In this document: positions 50,104-63,633 of the stretch, in pieces | Position numbering within the stretch: position 1 is the first letter of the stretch | Layout of the letters: each line of letters opens with the position of its first letter | NCBI GenBank assembly: GCA_002633005.1 | Contig: NMRA01000593.1 | Location: forward strand, 185,348-249,347 | Length of the DNA: 64,000 bases | Direction: 5' to 3' | From: Phoronis australis | Lineage: Eukaryota; Animalia; Phoronida | The notes under the pieces: generated by a model | Database searches by the model: none | The model's input: the letters and a program-made list of their open reading frames with translations, nothing else | What the model was told of the DNA's origin: nothing | Made by a program: the position numbers and the translations under genes

Positions 50104-51187
50104 CAGTTTTCAAGCCAAAAAAGCAACTGGTTCTCGTCTATATCTGACTCCTTTTTTGAGACCTGTGCCCACTGCAGCAAAGGTAAGCAAGATTTGAAAC
50201 GCCATCATTTGCCAAGTAATGCACGGGGTAGTGCTCGAAAAGTTAACAGAGCTTATTTTAGCTAATCACATGTACTGGAACATTTGAAAGGCATCGTTAT
50301 CATTATACTGCTACACATTGCAATACTTATTAACGTGACTTTCACCACTAGCCGACTACATTTATGCTTCTGTCAGTTATGTATAATAAATTACTCCATT
50401 CCACCCTGCTCCAGTTCATTTCTTTCTTTGCGGCTCCTGTCGGTTGTTTTTGCTGCCCTCTCCTGTGATTTGAGCAAACTTACCGTGGAGCCACCTTGGA
50501 CTGACCCGTCTCCCAAGCTATTCCTTACCACCACCCAGCGTGATCTGCTTCTCAGTTTATTGTCAAAACGATAAAGGCATGCTTTTGAATGTCAAAAAAT
50601 TATTAAAAGGTAAACATTCTCAAATTTGTGACTGTGAAAGATTAATTAATTTGCTCTCAAGGCCAGAGCTTGTACCAAATTTTAGAAACAGGCAATACTG
50701 GCCATCCCAAATTCAAGAATTACCATAAATACGGTAAAATAATAATTAACTGCCAAATCTTATTTTCAGACTCTGCTGATAAAAAATACTGTGTCTGAAA
50801 TTTGAGAAAAATGATGTCCCAATCTGCAGAATCAAGAAAATTCAATTTCTGCTGGAACATCGGTGTCCCAAGTTTTAGAGACTGTCCCAAATTGGAAAAT
50901 TTTTTGCTAAATTGATTTTAAGCCACACTTGACATTACATCCAACTGGTAGCTTCTGCAGTCACATTTTTGGAAACGAAGCATATCAAAACATTGTTCAG
51001 TCACAGACTTTCATTCAGTGCCACAAATTTACAAAAAGAATCCTGTCTTTCGTGGCAATTTTGATGGCCAATTCCTGGCCTCATTTACTCTGTTCCAAAG
51101 TTGCAGACAGGTATGGTAGGGTCACGAGAAACTGTGCAAATGACCTAGTTTTTCCATATATGGCATAGTGTAGGTTGACTCACTGCA

Positions 51188-52300
51188 GTAGTAGTAGTAT
51201 TTATTTATTATAGTGACAAGTACAATTAATTCAAATAGTTATAGGTATATAACATTCCTTTAAGAAAGACAAGTACCCAGCCCAGTTGGGCTTATTAGTT
51301 ACTTTAACCACACAACGCAGATGTAGGCCTACCATAAATGCGTCGGTTTCTAAGTTCAAAAGCAGACTTGATATATTTAGCAAATTGCCTACGGAAATAC
51401 TGAAATAGGAGTTTTAACATGTCTAATCTACTGAAATCTGCCAACTGAGTTCGGGATTTAAAGTGAAACATTATTAAACAAAATAGACCTCCGTGCGTTA
51501 TAAAGAGAACAATCAAACACAAAGTGTAGCTCATCCTCCACAGAACCAGAGTCACAACACAAGCAAAGTCTTTCACTTACAGGAATGTTTACATAACGAC
51601 TAGTTTCCAAGTGCCATGGGAGATTTCCTGCTCTAAGTTGAGCCAGAGGAGGTCGCTCAGAACAAAATAAATTAATCTTTACATACGGCTCAGTTAGAAA
51701 CTCGTGCTAAAATAAAATGTAGTTTCTTAACTTGGGTATTTTTACAAAAGACTCAGTTCAAGCATGTTTCGCGTATTCAATTAGTTTGTTTCTAGCGTCT
51801 ACTATATTACAAGTAGTCAAATTTTGAAAACAGGATTGCATGCCAGTTATGTTAAACAAATTTTTGATTCCGTCTATCCAACCCTTTCAACCAACAGAGT
51901 AGTCCCATAGAAAAAATACCTTCTTCAGTAACCTATCACCACCTGTGGTTACTAGTTTGTTCCAAAGACGCAGCATGTTCAATTTAAATCTATTTCTGGT
52001 GGAGTTCCACCCCATATCGCCACTAACAGCATGAGTGGCTGTAAATCGGTTGACCCCTAAATACAAAACGCATAGCTCTCTTTTGAATATTTTCGTCATT
52101 ACCAAAATTTTTGTAACCCCAAACAGATGACTCGTAATCCAAAATTGGTGTCACACACGAATTCAATAATGTTTTAAACGTTTCGAATCCTAGATTCTTG
52201 TTATCACGGAATGTTGAGCATATCTTCCCTAATTCTTTACCAGAAGCTTCAGATAACGTACTCAAATTGTCTTTGAATTTAAAAGAGAACAACTTCAAAG
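51188..52300 (-). mobile_element. 5'-truncated, frameshifted non-LTR retrotransposon (L2/CR1-group ORF2 C-terminus and 3' tail)
   Basis: Translated pieces: LNSCVTPILDYESSVWG..IQKRAMRF / LGVNRFTATHAVSGDMGW..LRLWNKL..RLLKKVF / LAQLRAGNLP..ETSRY. Ends in AATAAATAAA(TAC)n at ~51188-51208. Confidence 0.8.
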
Positions 52301-54254
52301 TTATTATTGGCTAATACTGCCCTGACCCAATACCTGAGAAACTTTGGCAGGCTTTTGTACGTCCATTTATGATGCCGCTGGTTAAAAACGATGTGAAAGA
52401 GAACTTTGGCGAATGAAAATAAATTTCAAGAATAAATTTGAGCTGAATAATTTGTATTTTTCCACACAAAATACTGTACAGAGCATTCTGTATGACAATC
52501 TATAACAAATACAGAAAATTTACGCAGCCACCTGTAAGACAGCTGCATAAATGATTGTTGACAAATCACCATAAGTAGCCATAGAAATATTCAATGCACT
52601 TGGGTGCAAGGGTACCTAGGCAGCAACACCAGATGGTTTGTAAACGAAAGCAGTTTTTAAGGGTGCCTACTGTCAGTTAAGTACTAGCCCATCTATCACT
52701 ACAGGAGGAATGCTACAGGCATGTGTTGTCGCCAAGACTACCTCCCTCTGGCAGCCTTGCCCCACCCCAAATTGGTTAAAAATCCAGCATCATTTTTGTT
52801 CATCTCCAGTGGACTCTGTTTTGAAAATGTGAGCAACTCAAAAAAATCGTGAAACTGATCAGAACTGTCTGTGCTCTTTTGACCTAAAGGAAATCCACAT
52901 GCAGCAAAAAGTTAATGGAGAATTTTAAGTATGGTTGACTAAAATTCAATGGATGGTTGCTGAACACTTCTAAATAATAAAAAAAACTTCTATTTTTTTC
53001 TAACAATGTCATTTTTAAGATTAGTTGGCAACCTTATCAGTAAAAAGATAACTCCAGTTTCATGCAGCATTCTTGTATTGCATTTCTTTGATTGAAATTT
53101 TGTAATGCATTTCACGCGCACAATTTCTAGTTGTTGCAGATCATTTCAGCTGCCACTTTAATACCATTTGACTTGTTTTATTGCAGTGAGGACAATCAAT
53201 TTTTCTATGGCATGCAGGTAGAAGTTATTTTATGCCTGAGGGAAACTTGTCTTACTTATGATTTTCCCTCAAACAACAGATATATTTTAGTCATCATATT
53301 ATGATAGATTTCAATATAAAAACTGTGTTAAGCTCTGCGTAATAAACCTTTCCACCAGGGGTTTATCCATTAGATTTCAAAAACGGGACATCCGAAATGG
53401 ATTTCCCAATATCTCAGGGAATACATGATTAACGCATGTAACTACATTTGCGTGAACTCAAATCCAATATATTATAGTGTGGCCGCAACATGGTTTTGTA
53501 AAGCTTTCATACCTTACACCATTTCAAAATCTTTTTTTAATCTGGACAGGCCAATGAGCCCCCAGACCTGTTGCTACCAAGTGGGTAGAAACACCAGTAC
53601 TCACTTGCATACTTTACTTGTTACCGTATTATTAATGTGACATTTAAAATGAGGGTGGCCTCTTCAGTGATAGCACTGCTTTCCAAGAGGGCCCTCAACA
53701 AGAAAAATAGTAATATAATACAATAAAGTAATAAAACAACAATGAAATATACAGAACAAAGATACAATTAAAACAGGTTGAGAATTAAGACAATAACTAA
53801 ATGACAAATAATGGTAAAAATTTAACTAAGACAGATGAAATAAATTAAGATGATTCTAGACAATGAGAGTATTTACGACAATGAAAAAAATGACATGATT
53901 AAGACAGGCAGGGCGTCCAAATGCTGAACAGAGAGTCCAAGTGGACACCCTGGACACCTTATAAATGAAGACCTATAGTGGAATATGTCCCAAAATTCAT
54001 GCCAGTTGTACCCTTCTCAATAGGAACACATATGGAATTTCAAGAAAACCCATCAAGGAAGTTGGTAGATATTCAGTACCAAAGAAAGGTAATTGCAGAT
54101 GGACGGTAATATGACATAGCATACACAGAACTAAGTGGGTTAATAAAAAGTTGACGAAAATTCATCTTGTCGAAAATCAGTGAAAATATTCTTCTGACTG
54201 CTTTCATAACAAAAGTAATTTTCATCATGGTTTCGTTTTGGGTTTTCGCCATAA

Positions 54255-57200
54255 TAGTCCGGGAGCCAAATGCTGTTTTTTTACTTAACCTGGATTTGTC
54301 GGATAAAGTTTTTTCTTTGCTGTTTCATGTAGCCTAGGCATAGTAAATCATGATTTAGGGGGGGTGACTGATCGCAACCCTTGAGAATTTTTTAAAATAT
54401 GCAAATTAAGATCGCCATTATGCAAAATTCTATTTTTACTTATGATTTCCCTACCAAGCACTGTAGCCAGATAATTTTGACGTTTTTACCTATGTTTTCA
54501 TAGTCAATGAGTTTAATAGTACAAGTGTTTTCGTGAATACATTGTCAGTTTGCATAATTTATGCAAATTAAGGCCGTCATTATGCAAAATTCTATTTTTG
54601 CTTATAATTTCCTTACCAAGCACTGCAGGCAGGTTATTTTGATGCTTTCACCCATGTTTCCATGGTCAACAAATTTAATAGTGAAAGTTTTTGGGTGGAT
54701 ACATCGTCAATTTGCATAATTTATGCAAATTAAAGCCGTCGTTATTAAAAATTTTACTTGTTCTAATAGCCATGGCACCAATCACCACACGTGAATTATC
54801 ATGATATTTGCATCTGTTTCTATGGTCAATTAGTTTAGCGAAATCATGCATGTTGTTGTATGATAAATTTGCATAATTAATGCAAATTAAGGCCACCATT
54901 ATTCAAACTTATATTTTGTGTAAAAAAAGCCTTACCAAGCACCTCAGACAACTTATTTTAATGTTTTCACCTGTACTTCCATGGTCAGTGAATTTAATGG
55001 ACCTCGTTTACTGCAGGATACATCGTGAATTTGCATAATATCTGCAAATTAAGGTTGCCATTATTCAAAATTCTACTTTTGCTTATAGCTGAAGTACCAG
55101 GCACCCCAAGTTAACTATTTTAATGTCTACCCAATGTTTCAGTGAAATCAATTGGCAAGTTGATGAATTTTCATACAAATAAAGAACACCAGTATTCCAA
55201 ATACTGTTTCTGCATATAATTTCCTTACGGGCATTAAATGTAGATTATTTTCAATTTTTTCTCAAGTTTTCGTGAATTTGCATAATTGATGAATTACACA
55301 AATAACAACTGTCATATTCAAAATTCTGCTTGTGCTAATAACTGCTGCATCAGACCCCAGAGGTTAGTTAAAAATATTTGCACACATGTTTCAGTGGTCA
55401 ATGAATTTAATGAAATCTGCTTGCAGGTTGTAGCATGGTAAATTTGCAGAATCTCCTTTTTCATGATGAAATAAGAAAATATTTGGTGTAGCGTGTGTTC
55501 TGCAGTTTGAGACTTCAAATTCCAAGAAAGATGTTGCCTACGACGTATTTCCCTACGCTCCCAGAGACCATAGAAAAAACACAGATTAGGTTAATGACTT
55601 GGGTGAATGCTAGAATGGGGCTCGGAGCGATCAGTTTACAGGGACCCCATTCATGAGGTACGAAAACATTAGTGAGGGTATAGTAGATGAGACTCTTAAG
55701 CATTGGACACAAGTTGCCATTTGTCCTACAAAATTGAAACTGATCTTGGAAAGATGGAGAGCGGTCAACATTAGATCTTGTACTAAAACCTATCACACGG
55801 AAGAAAGTAAGGCACGTCTTGATGCACAAACCCAGGATATTGCACGAATCTATCAAAAGTAGATACCAGCATCGATCTATTGGTTCACTAGGTCCATCCC
55901 AAAGAGGCAGTAGTGAACATTAGCAGGGACAGGATTGCTACTCAAACAGCTAATGTAGAACTATGTAAAACAATAAGCATGGGACAAGCAATGTTATCAG
56001 AAAGGCTAGCAGTATGTTAAAAACACAAGTAGGTAATCACTGATGAAGATCCTTGTCCCTTGATATAGTACAAGGACAATGGAGACATCCCATGAAGAAG
56101 TTAGCTCCATTATTGTGCCACATGACGTGAAATGTGCATATTATGAATTTAACAAATTTCAGGTTGTTTCGGATGACAAAAATGTGTTTGTCAGCTTCAA
56201 ATACCATAACCATGAAATAACAAAAAGCGTAGAACAGTCGGAGACATAAAGTTAACACTGGAAACATGTAGCGATATTATGAAAGTCTCCTGATCTCTGC
56301 CCATGCGCTGTAGGGGTGTAACACATTGGCATGCTACTATGGAGTTGGAAAGGAATCCATCGTTAAAATATTGAAGGCTGGACATGAGCTGTCTGGCATG
56401 GGCACTCGGCTTATTAATGCACATTTTTCTGATAAAACAGGAAACTAAATGTATATGTGGCTGTTATGGAATGATAGAGAATCAGGAAGATGACAACAGA
56501 AGCATTTCACAGACAATGTAAATGTTAACAGAGCCCATTACCAGTCAGTCACGTGGTGGAATGTCACCAGCACTAGACCCAGAGGACTATGGATGGAAGA
56601 AAGATGCCATAAACAAATCACTCTCACCATCTATAATTCTGCATGGTGTACTATTGCATACTGGCGATGATTAGGTGTGACTGCAAAGGTCAGATTTCAT
56701 GAAGAACATACTATCGCAGTGTCAACTTTCTACCCTGCACAATATTTTGGGCACCCTATACTGTAGTGTGCTCACATTCCAAGTGTTGAATTAGCATTTG
56801 AAACGTCTTGTGACTGGTCTCCATAAGATAGGTTATGTCCTGGGTTTATGTCTACTACATATACCCTGGGTATCAGACAAAACTAGAATTTGTAATGTTG
56901 TGTAAAAAAATACTGACAGATCATTTATGATGTAATGACAGATTACATTAAATTCATCAGTAAAAATACCAAAATAATCTACATGTAGTGCGCCCTCCCC
57001 CCGTAAGAAAGTTACGAGCAGAAATAGAATTTTTAATAAATTATGATAATTTATCATGCAACTTGCAAACTGATTTCATTAACCTAATTGACCATAGGAA
57101 CATAGGTTCAAATATCATGAGAGTTTAACTGTGATGCTTGGTACCGCAGCTATAAGCACAAGTAGAATTTTGAATAATGATGCCCTTAATTTGCATTAGT

Positions 57201-57656
57201 TATGCATATGCAAATTTATCACGCAACAACGTGCAAACCGATTTCATTAAACTAATTGACCAAAAGAATATAGGTGCAAAAATCATGATAGTTCATCTGT
57301 GGTGCCTGGTACAGTAGCTATAAGCACGAGAAGAATTTTGAATAATGACGGCCTTAATTTGTATAAATTATGCAAATTGACAATGCATTCACGAAAAAAC
57401 TGCCACTATTAAATTCGTTGACCATGGAAACATCGGTAAAAACGTCAAAATTATCTGGGTGCAGCGCTTGGTAAGGAAATTATATGAAAAAATAGAATTT
57501 TGCATAATGGCGACCTTAATTTGCATATTTAAAAAAATGCTCAAGGGTTGCAAACGGTCATCCCCCTAAATCATGGTTACTTAACCCTAGGCTACATGAA
57601 ACAGCAAAAAAAAACTTTCGGGCAAAACCAGGTTCAACCCCCCGGCTCCTGGACTA
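54255..57656 (+). mobile_element. 3.4-kb internally deleted Academ-like DNA transposon with long TIRs and ~165-bp subterminal tandem repeats
   Basis: Termini TAGTCC(G/A)GGAGCC ... GGCTCCTGGACTA; 3-bp TAA duplication on both flanks; several hundred bp of inverted similarity. Decayed coding at ~56490-56750 reads TTEAF..RAHYQSVTWW..LDPEDYGWKK..MIRCDCKG..LPCTIF, matching the Cys-rich C-terminus I associate with AcademX-type transposases. Confidence 0.75.
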
Positions 57657-57721
57657 TAACTTCATCGAAATACGTCAACTTTTTTGGAAACCACTTCACT
57701 ATACTTTTCAATTCTACTTAC

Positions 57722-57856
57722 CGTTCGTGGTGTATCAGGAGTCTGCACATAGGACTCATCCGAGACGGACCCTACGCTGTCCACTTCCATGGACGCCAGA
57801 TATGAGAGCTCAGGAATATAGGGTGTAGGGTCAATGTAGCTGGTCAGACCAGGCAC
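57722..57856 (-). CDS. Probable upstream coding exon of the NR1J receptor (candidate ATG at 57790: MEVDSVGSVSDESYVQTPDTPRT)
   Basis: GC-richer island with a pyrimidine-CAG acceptor (57859-57857) and a consensus ACG|GTAAGT donor. Ends in phase 0, matching exon 42220, which has no in-frame ATG before its zinc finger. Gives a ~437-aa protein. Confidence 0.55.
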
Positions 57857-58674
57857 CTGGGAAATACATGAACAAAGTGAAGCTGAGGTCCTTTTTCAAT
57901 TTCCATAACATCTCGCCATATTCAGATTCATTTTGGTGGACAAGTGAACTTTCATTTTTTTCTTTGTAAAAATAAAATTTAATATGATAATTTTTCACTT
58001 ATTTAGCACAAAAAATGGGGCGACGTTGAAATTCTGTTTTATTAAATTTGTCCACAAAATGTAGTTTCTACTGTGCAGATATCATAAACCAACTTTTGGT
58101 AACTTTTCCCTTATTTGTGGTAATCGGCCTTTGAAAAAAGTAAAAATGACAACTTTGGCAATATTTTTATGAATGCAAAAAAGTGGAGATCACTGCAATG
58201 TCTGCTTTATTAATTTTATAGTTCAACAGTCAGACAATGCACATTAAGACTCTCAAACAGGACTTTAAAAAATTCCTTGCCATTGATAACCTTGTTTTCA
58301 ACACTTAGTCGGACTCACGATAACTTTCGATTCAACTGAAGTATTCACAAAGTGGAATGTCACTGGGTAGTCTTGTGATTTTGTGAATGTTTTTTGACTT
58401 GTAAAGCTCTGAAAGTTCTTCGTGACAAGGGAAAAATGTCCTACCATGGAAAGAAAAATTCTTTTAAGTGAAATTTCACAAAATAAAATTTGAATGTCCA
58501 CCATATTGTGCCCCAAACTGAAGATTATTTCACAGTGATAACAAGAAACAGTTCTATTCAATCATCAGTGCACACAGAACCCTGTTAGCAAATGAACTGG
58601 TACCTTGCACGCATGACACATTCAATCTCAAATAAATAAAGGAGAGGGAGGGAGGGAGTAGGGGGGAGGGAGGG

Positions 58675-59014
58675 NNNNNNNNNNNNNNNNNNNNNNNNNN
58701 NNNNNNNNNNNNNNNNNNNNNNNNNNNNNNNNNNNNNNNNNNNNNNNNNNNNNNNNNNNNNNNNNNNNNNNNNNNNNNNNNNNNNNNNNNNNNNNNNNNN
58801 NNNNNNNNNNNNNNNNNNNNNNNNNNNNNNNNNNNNNNNNNNNNNNNNNNNNNNNNNNNNNNNNNNNNNNNNNNNNNNNNNNNNNNNNNNNNNNNNNNNN
58901 NNNNNNNNNNNNNNNNNNNNNNNNNNNNNNNNNNNNNNNNNNNNNNNNNNNNNNNNNNNNNNNNNNNNNNNNNNNNNNNNNNNNNNNNNNNNNNNNNNNN
59001 NNNNNNNNNNNNNN
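58675..59014. other. Assembly gap (340 N) flanked by purine-rich GGGA repeats
   Basis: Run of N in the sequence. Confidence 0.99.
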
Positions 59015-59864
59015 TGGATATTGGGAGGGAGGAGATAAAAAATTAAAATAACAGACAGAAGGAGGTACAGAGAAAAAACAAATAATTTATCAAGTTTTAC
59101 TTTCACAGAACGACTACTTCCTCTTGTTGGTTTTAGGGAAATAACGAAAGTACCAACTACACTTTATTAGCAACTGTTTAATTAAGAGAGATCTCATTGA
59201 AAATGAAGCACAAAAAGTAAAAACAGCAGTGTTTGATACATTCTAGAGCTGAACGGACAGGACACAAACAGTGAATCAGACATAAAAACATAAGAGAGAT
59301 ATGAAACCTCAACACCAGAGAAGCAGACTTGACCATGGTAAAACAACAAAACCAACTTTTGATAAGAACATTTATAGCTACAAAACTGGGCTGATTTCTG
59401 GGCTCAGAAAGAGCTGGCTAACTCTTGAAACTACTCGGTGCATAAAACAGCCCACCATGACAATTCAACTCGCAACCTCAGGTCTCAAGCAATAACTGTC
59501 AGTTCTCGTAACCTCCAAATCAGCTCTAATCTGAGGAAGGGACAAAATGATACCAGTATTAAAATGATTAAACGTCTAACGGAAAAAGGTATCTTTAAAG
59601 AAGGCAGCCATATAGTCGTAGTCTAGTAGTTTAATCCATAATACTAGAACTTGGTAAGAAAAACATCGTTTAGATTTAACGGCATTTATAGTTACAAAAA
59701 CTATTTTGTAATTTTTAGTGTCTTTTATCAACATTTCGAAGCAACTAAATACTAAATATTTTAACAATTAACTCGGTTATCCAAAACAAAACCAGTTCAT
59801 CAACCTTTGTACTGTTTAACAAATGTGTATTTCGTCCTGTTCAAAAGGCTAAAAAACAATAATA

Positions 59865-60160
59865 GAATTAGGGTCTCAACTGTCATGAAATTAGACTCAT
59901 GATAGTCTTTATTTTGAAAGGATTCTATTTTTGCTGCCAACATGAACACCAAAATCAACCCAAATAAACTCTGAAGCGAATAAACTCTGAAACGAATAAA
60001 CTCTGAAGCAAATAAACTCTGAAGAGAATAAACTCTGAAGCGTTTCCGTGTGTCACAGATGGTTTTGGTGTTCATGTTGGCAACAAAAATGGAATCTTGT
60101 CACAGTAAAGAATATTAGGCGACCGATTTTATGTGAGTAGTAGACCCAATTCAATTTTCG
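59865..60160. repeat. Foldback MITE-like element with a central 16-bp x5 minisatellite; related relics at ~11620-11790 and ~62030-62370
   Basis: IR ATTCTATTTTTGCTGCCAACATGAACACCAAAA / TTTTGGTGTTCATGTTGGCAACAAAAATGGAAT. (AATAAACTCTGAAGCG)-like x5 at 59963-60042. The other sites share TCACAGTAAAGAATATT or GTTCATGTTGGCAAC. Confidence 0.75.
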
Positions 60161-62634
60161 TTTTTGGACATTACCAGACATTGCAGAATGTAGCTTTAAC
60201 TTGGTACCTAAGAAAACTATTAAACAAAAATAGAGTAACTAATTCTAAAGTATACTACAAGAGCTTTCCACAAACAATTGATGAGTTTTTTTTGTCGTTG
60301 AGAATCGAGGAAAATTTAGAAGGAAAATTTTCTGGATAATTTTCAAATGAACAGTGTTATTTTTTGTTCGATTCCCGTCACAAAATTTGATGAACCAGGT
60401 GAATTTTGACGATATCATATTTCTTTGAAAAACAACTACTAAAAGTATGTTAATGAGCTATAAATGATGAACCATACTGTTGGAACCTTTGCGACTAGTG
60501 TATATAAATATGTGTAGATGATTCACACAGATTGATTGAAACTTACACAATGCCTTCACATACAAAAAAAATGAATAAAATATTTTCCTGAATTTCATAA
60601 AGCTATACAAGTACCAAACCATAGGAATATATTAGTCAAGGGCTGTGCAGAACTACTGTAGTGAAAAATTCAACAGATGAGCCACTGTAATTTTCAGAAA
60701 ATGTAAACTAATATAACAGAGAAAAACAAAATGAAACCACAGAAAAATCACTAGGAGATAACTTAGTTAAACAATAAACGAGCAATTAACAAAAAATGTT
60801 ATCTTACTTCATTGCAATAGATCGCTTGCAAGATTTCCGAAAACTTGACATCCAGGATGCTCATTGTGCCGACAGGAAGTAGAAACTCAAGTTTCTGGCA
60901 ACTTTCAGGCCTATCTTGCTATATAAACCCTCAGTAAGAATTGTCCCTCATAATTAGTATTCACATTCTCACAACAGTCATGGCGGTGGCATGAGTGATA
61001 GAAATAGTACTGTCAGTGAATGAATCTTCACCTGGATGTAACACTGACAAAATTATTAATAAGTTGTTCAAATTCTGACCATTATCAACCAAAACAAAGG
61101 ATTATTCTGCAAAGTACTGGGGCGACCTTTGACCTTTGACACCTCCCATTGCCAATTCAACTCACCAGTAATCAGATTACATAAAAATATACACAAAACC
61201 ATGCTCCAAAAGATTGGAGCTGTTTTTTGAAATTTTCATTCCTTTGCTGTGGAAGAAGAGTGACATGCTGAAAATAATGTCAAACTATTTTTTTCTGTGG
61301 ATCAATGAAAAAAAATTTATTATTATTATTTTTATTCAATTGTTATAAAATGAGAGTGACATGATATAAACAATGACTGACTATTGCATCTTTCTGTGAT
61401 TGCAAAAACAACACATTCTATTGTTTCTTATTCCTTTGTTGCGAGATGAAAGCACCAATCTGTAAATAATGTACAACTATTTTTCTGTGGAACAATGCAA
61501 GTGACTGCATTTTTATTCCTTTAATATAACTTGAGAAGTCAATCAGCAATTAAACGGCTTCATTTTTTATGTGTATCGATGCAACATTTTTATTCATGCT
61601 GTAAATAATTCAAAACTAATTTTTAAAAAGGATCAATGCAAACACACGATCCACTGGCTCATGCTACATTTGCACATTTGACCATGAATAAAAACAAAAC
61701 AACAAAAAGGTACCATTATATTTAATCATAGAGACTTTATCGCTATAAATGAGCCACCATGAGAACTTAACCCAAATTGAAACTGCAAAAAACTCCTTTT
61801 TTCTCTCAATTCTAAATCACAAGTACCAGCAGCCTTTAATATTCATTCATCTATCAGAGAACGCATATGGTAAAAAAGAAAACGGTTAACCCGTAACAGG
61901 AAATGAACAAGAAATTACATCTGTTCGCAGTATCACCAAGTTCTTTTCAAAGGAAGCAAGACACATGTCTGAGGACCTTACTGACTAGGAAAAGATCTAT
62001 TTCACACTGTTTGGCTGACTAAGAAACAAAAATTAAATTAGGAATTTTACTTTCATAAAATTGGTCTCATAACATTCCTAACTAATTGAATGTATGTTAC
62101 TCATCCTGTTAGGGCATAATGCAAAACAAAACAAAAAATGAATCAATTTCTGGACGATCTCTGCAGAAGTCTCCACAGAGAAGTCCTGGAGATGGGGACG
62201 CTATGTTATCCTTTATATGAAGTAAGTCCAGAAAGTAACATTCCTAACTGTTAGGGATCTAGTTCCGCCCAATGCATGTTGTTCATGTTGGCAACCAAAA
62301 TAGAATGTGTCCTAGGGAATGTTATGAGATTGATTTTATGAGAGCAAACAGACCAAATAATTTTTGCTTTCAGTCAGAGTAACGGGGCAAAATGCACCTT
62401 CGACCTAAACAGTACGATTTTTCGTTTTCAATTTCATATGTGACTCGGGGACCACTGTCTGCATATTATGACTGTTGTATATGACTTTTTACCTCAAACT
62501 CATGTCAAAATCACTGTCTAACATATTTTAGAAAGGTGTCATGTCAGCATTGTTGAGTGTTCATCTTGAACATTTGGATCAAATAAAATTTGGTCTTCGC
62601 CATTGATACTGTTGCTCTACAATGAATGAATGTA

Positions 62635-63633
62635 CCGTATTCGTCCTGAATAAGTGTTCGGGTGCTCAGAAAAATTCCGTTTGGGGGGGTGCTTATTGTA
62701 ACTTGAGGCAGTTGAAACCCATTCTCCAAAACGGGTGAAATCGGAAGTTGGGATTCATCAAATTTACGCTCTGTGATGTATCTGTAACCTATCACAGACT
62801 TTCTACAAAACTGTGGTGTATATCAAACTTCATTGTTAAATTACGATCATTTTACAGAAAATTGTGCTGAAATCCGAGGGCAACAACTCGCCGATGTGTC
62901 ACGATTGCCGATAAGGCAACTTGAATAAAAATACGACTTAACAAATAACCTGAAATCCTCACTTAAGTTTTTCAAATAGGGTCCTAAGATTTTTAAGTTC
63001 CTGTGGAGTCGGGATTAACAGCAGGTTAAGTCCAAATCTGTGCAAGATTGTACCCCACAACACAAGAAAAATCTGGACAAACTCCTCGGAAAACACGTTA
63101 TCACATGACGTTTCTTTTGACTGGAATGCTTTTATCACCAATTTTTTTTTACTCGTGAGACAGTCGTCAGCTGAATGGCACGCTTTGAGTACCAGTCTTC
63201 GATTCGCGGTTTTCGCGTGTACAAAGAAACTTAGAATCACGTTGAACGAAAAGAATTGGAAACTATACGTGAAAGATTCAATCCCGTTGACAAGTACGCC
63301 GTGTCTGTTCTGAACGACCAGACCATAGTGGGAGACATTCCTCGGGAGATTAGCAAAACTGTTGCATTGTTTTTGAAGCACGGCGTAAGGTTGAAGTGTA
63401 GCCACGGCTATATACCAACACAGTGGCGAGGCTGGTGGTCTAGAAATTCTGTGCACAATTTTTTTCAGGACTGTTGGATCTTGTTGATAAATTGAAGACA
63501 TTACTCTAGAATTTCAGGACTGTAGGTAAGGCATTTTTCACATGTACACGCTCATGGTCTGGGCACTTATTTCAGCAAAGTCTGAAAACAGGAGTGCTTG
63601 AAGGGGCATGAGCACTTATTACGCCAAATACGG
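62635..63633 (+). mobile_element. ~1-kb non-autonomous Tc1/mariner (Tc2/pogo-like) element with TA TSD
   Basis: TA|CCGTATTCGTCCTGAATAAGTG ... CACTTATTACGCCAAATACGG|TA. CCGTA termini with TA duplication are Tc2-like. No transposase ORF seen. Confidence 0.75.
63175..63470 (+). pseudogene. HIRAN-like domain pseudogene carried inside the TIR element
   Basis: MARFEYQSSIRGFRVYKET*(TAG 63232, where W is expected)..IRERFNPVDKYAVSVLNDQTIVGDIPREISKTVALFLKHG..(frameshift)GGLEILC. This fits the HIRAN-like pattern RG.HVYK..W..RE..N..D.YAV.V...VG..PR.IS..GGLE.PC. Confidence 0.7.

Noticed and set aside
58585-59106. 173-aa ORF
   Set aside because: Artefact of reading through the N gap.
59963-60042. CRISPR-like short repeat array
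   Set aside because: Head-to-tail units without unique spacers, eukaryotic context, no cas genes.
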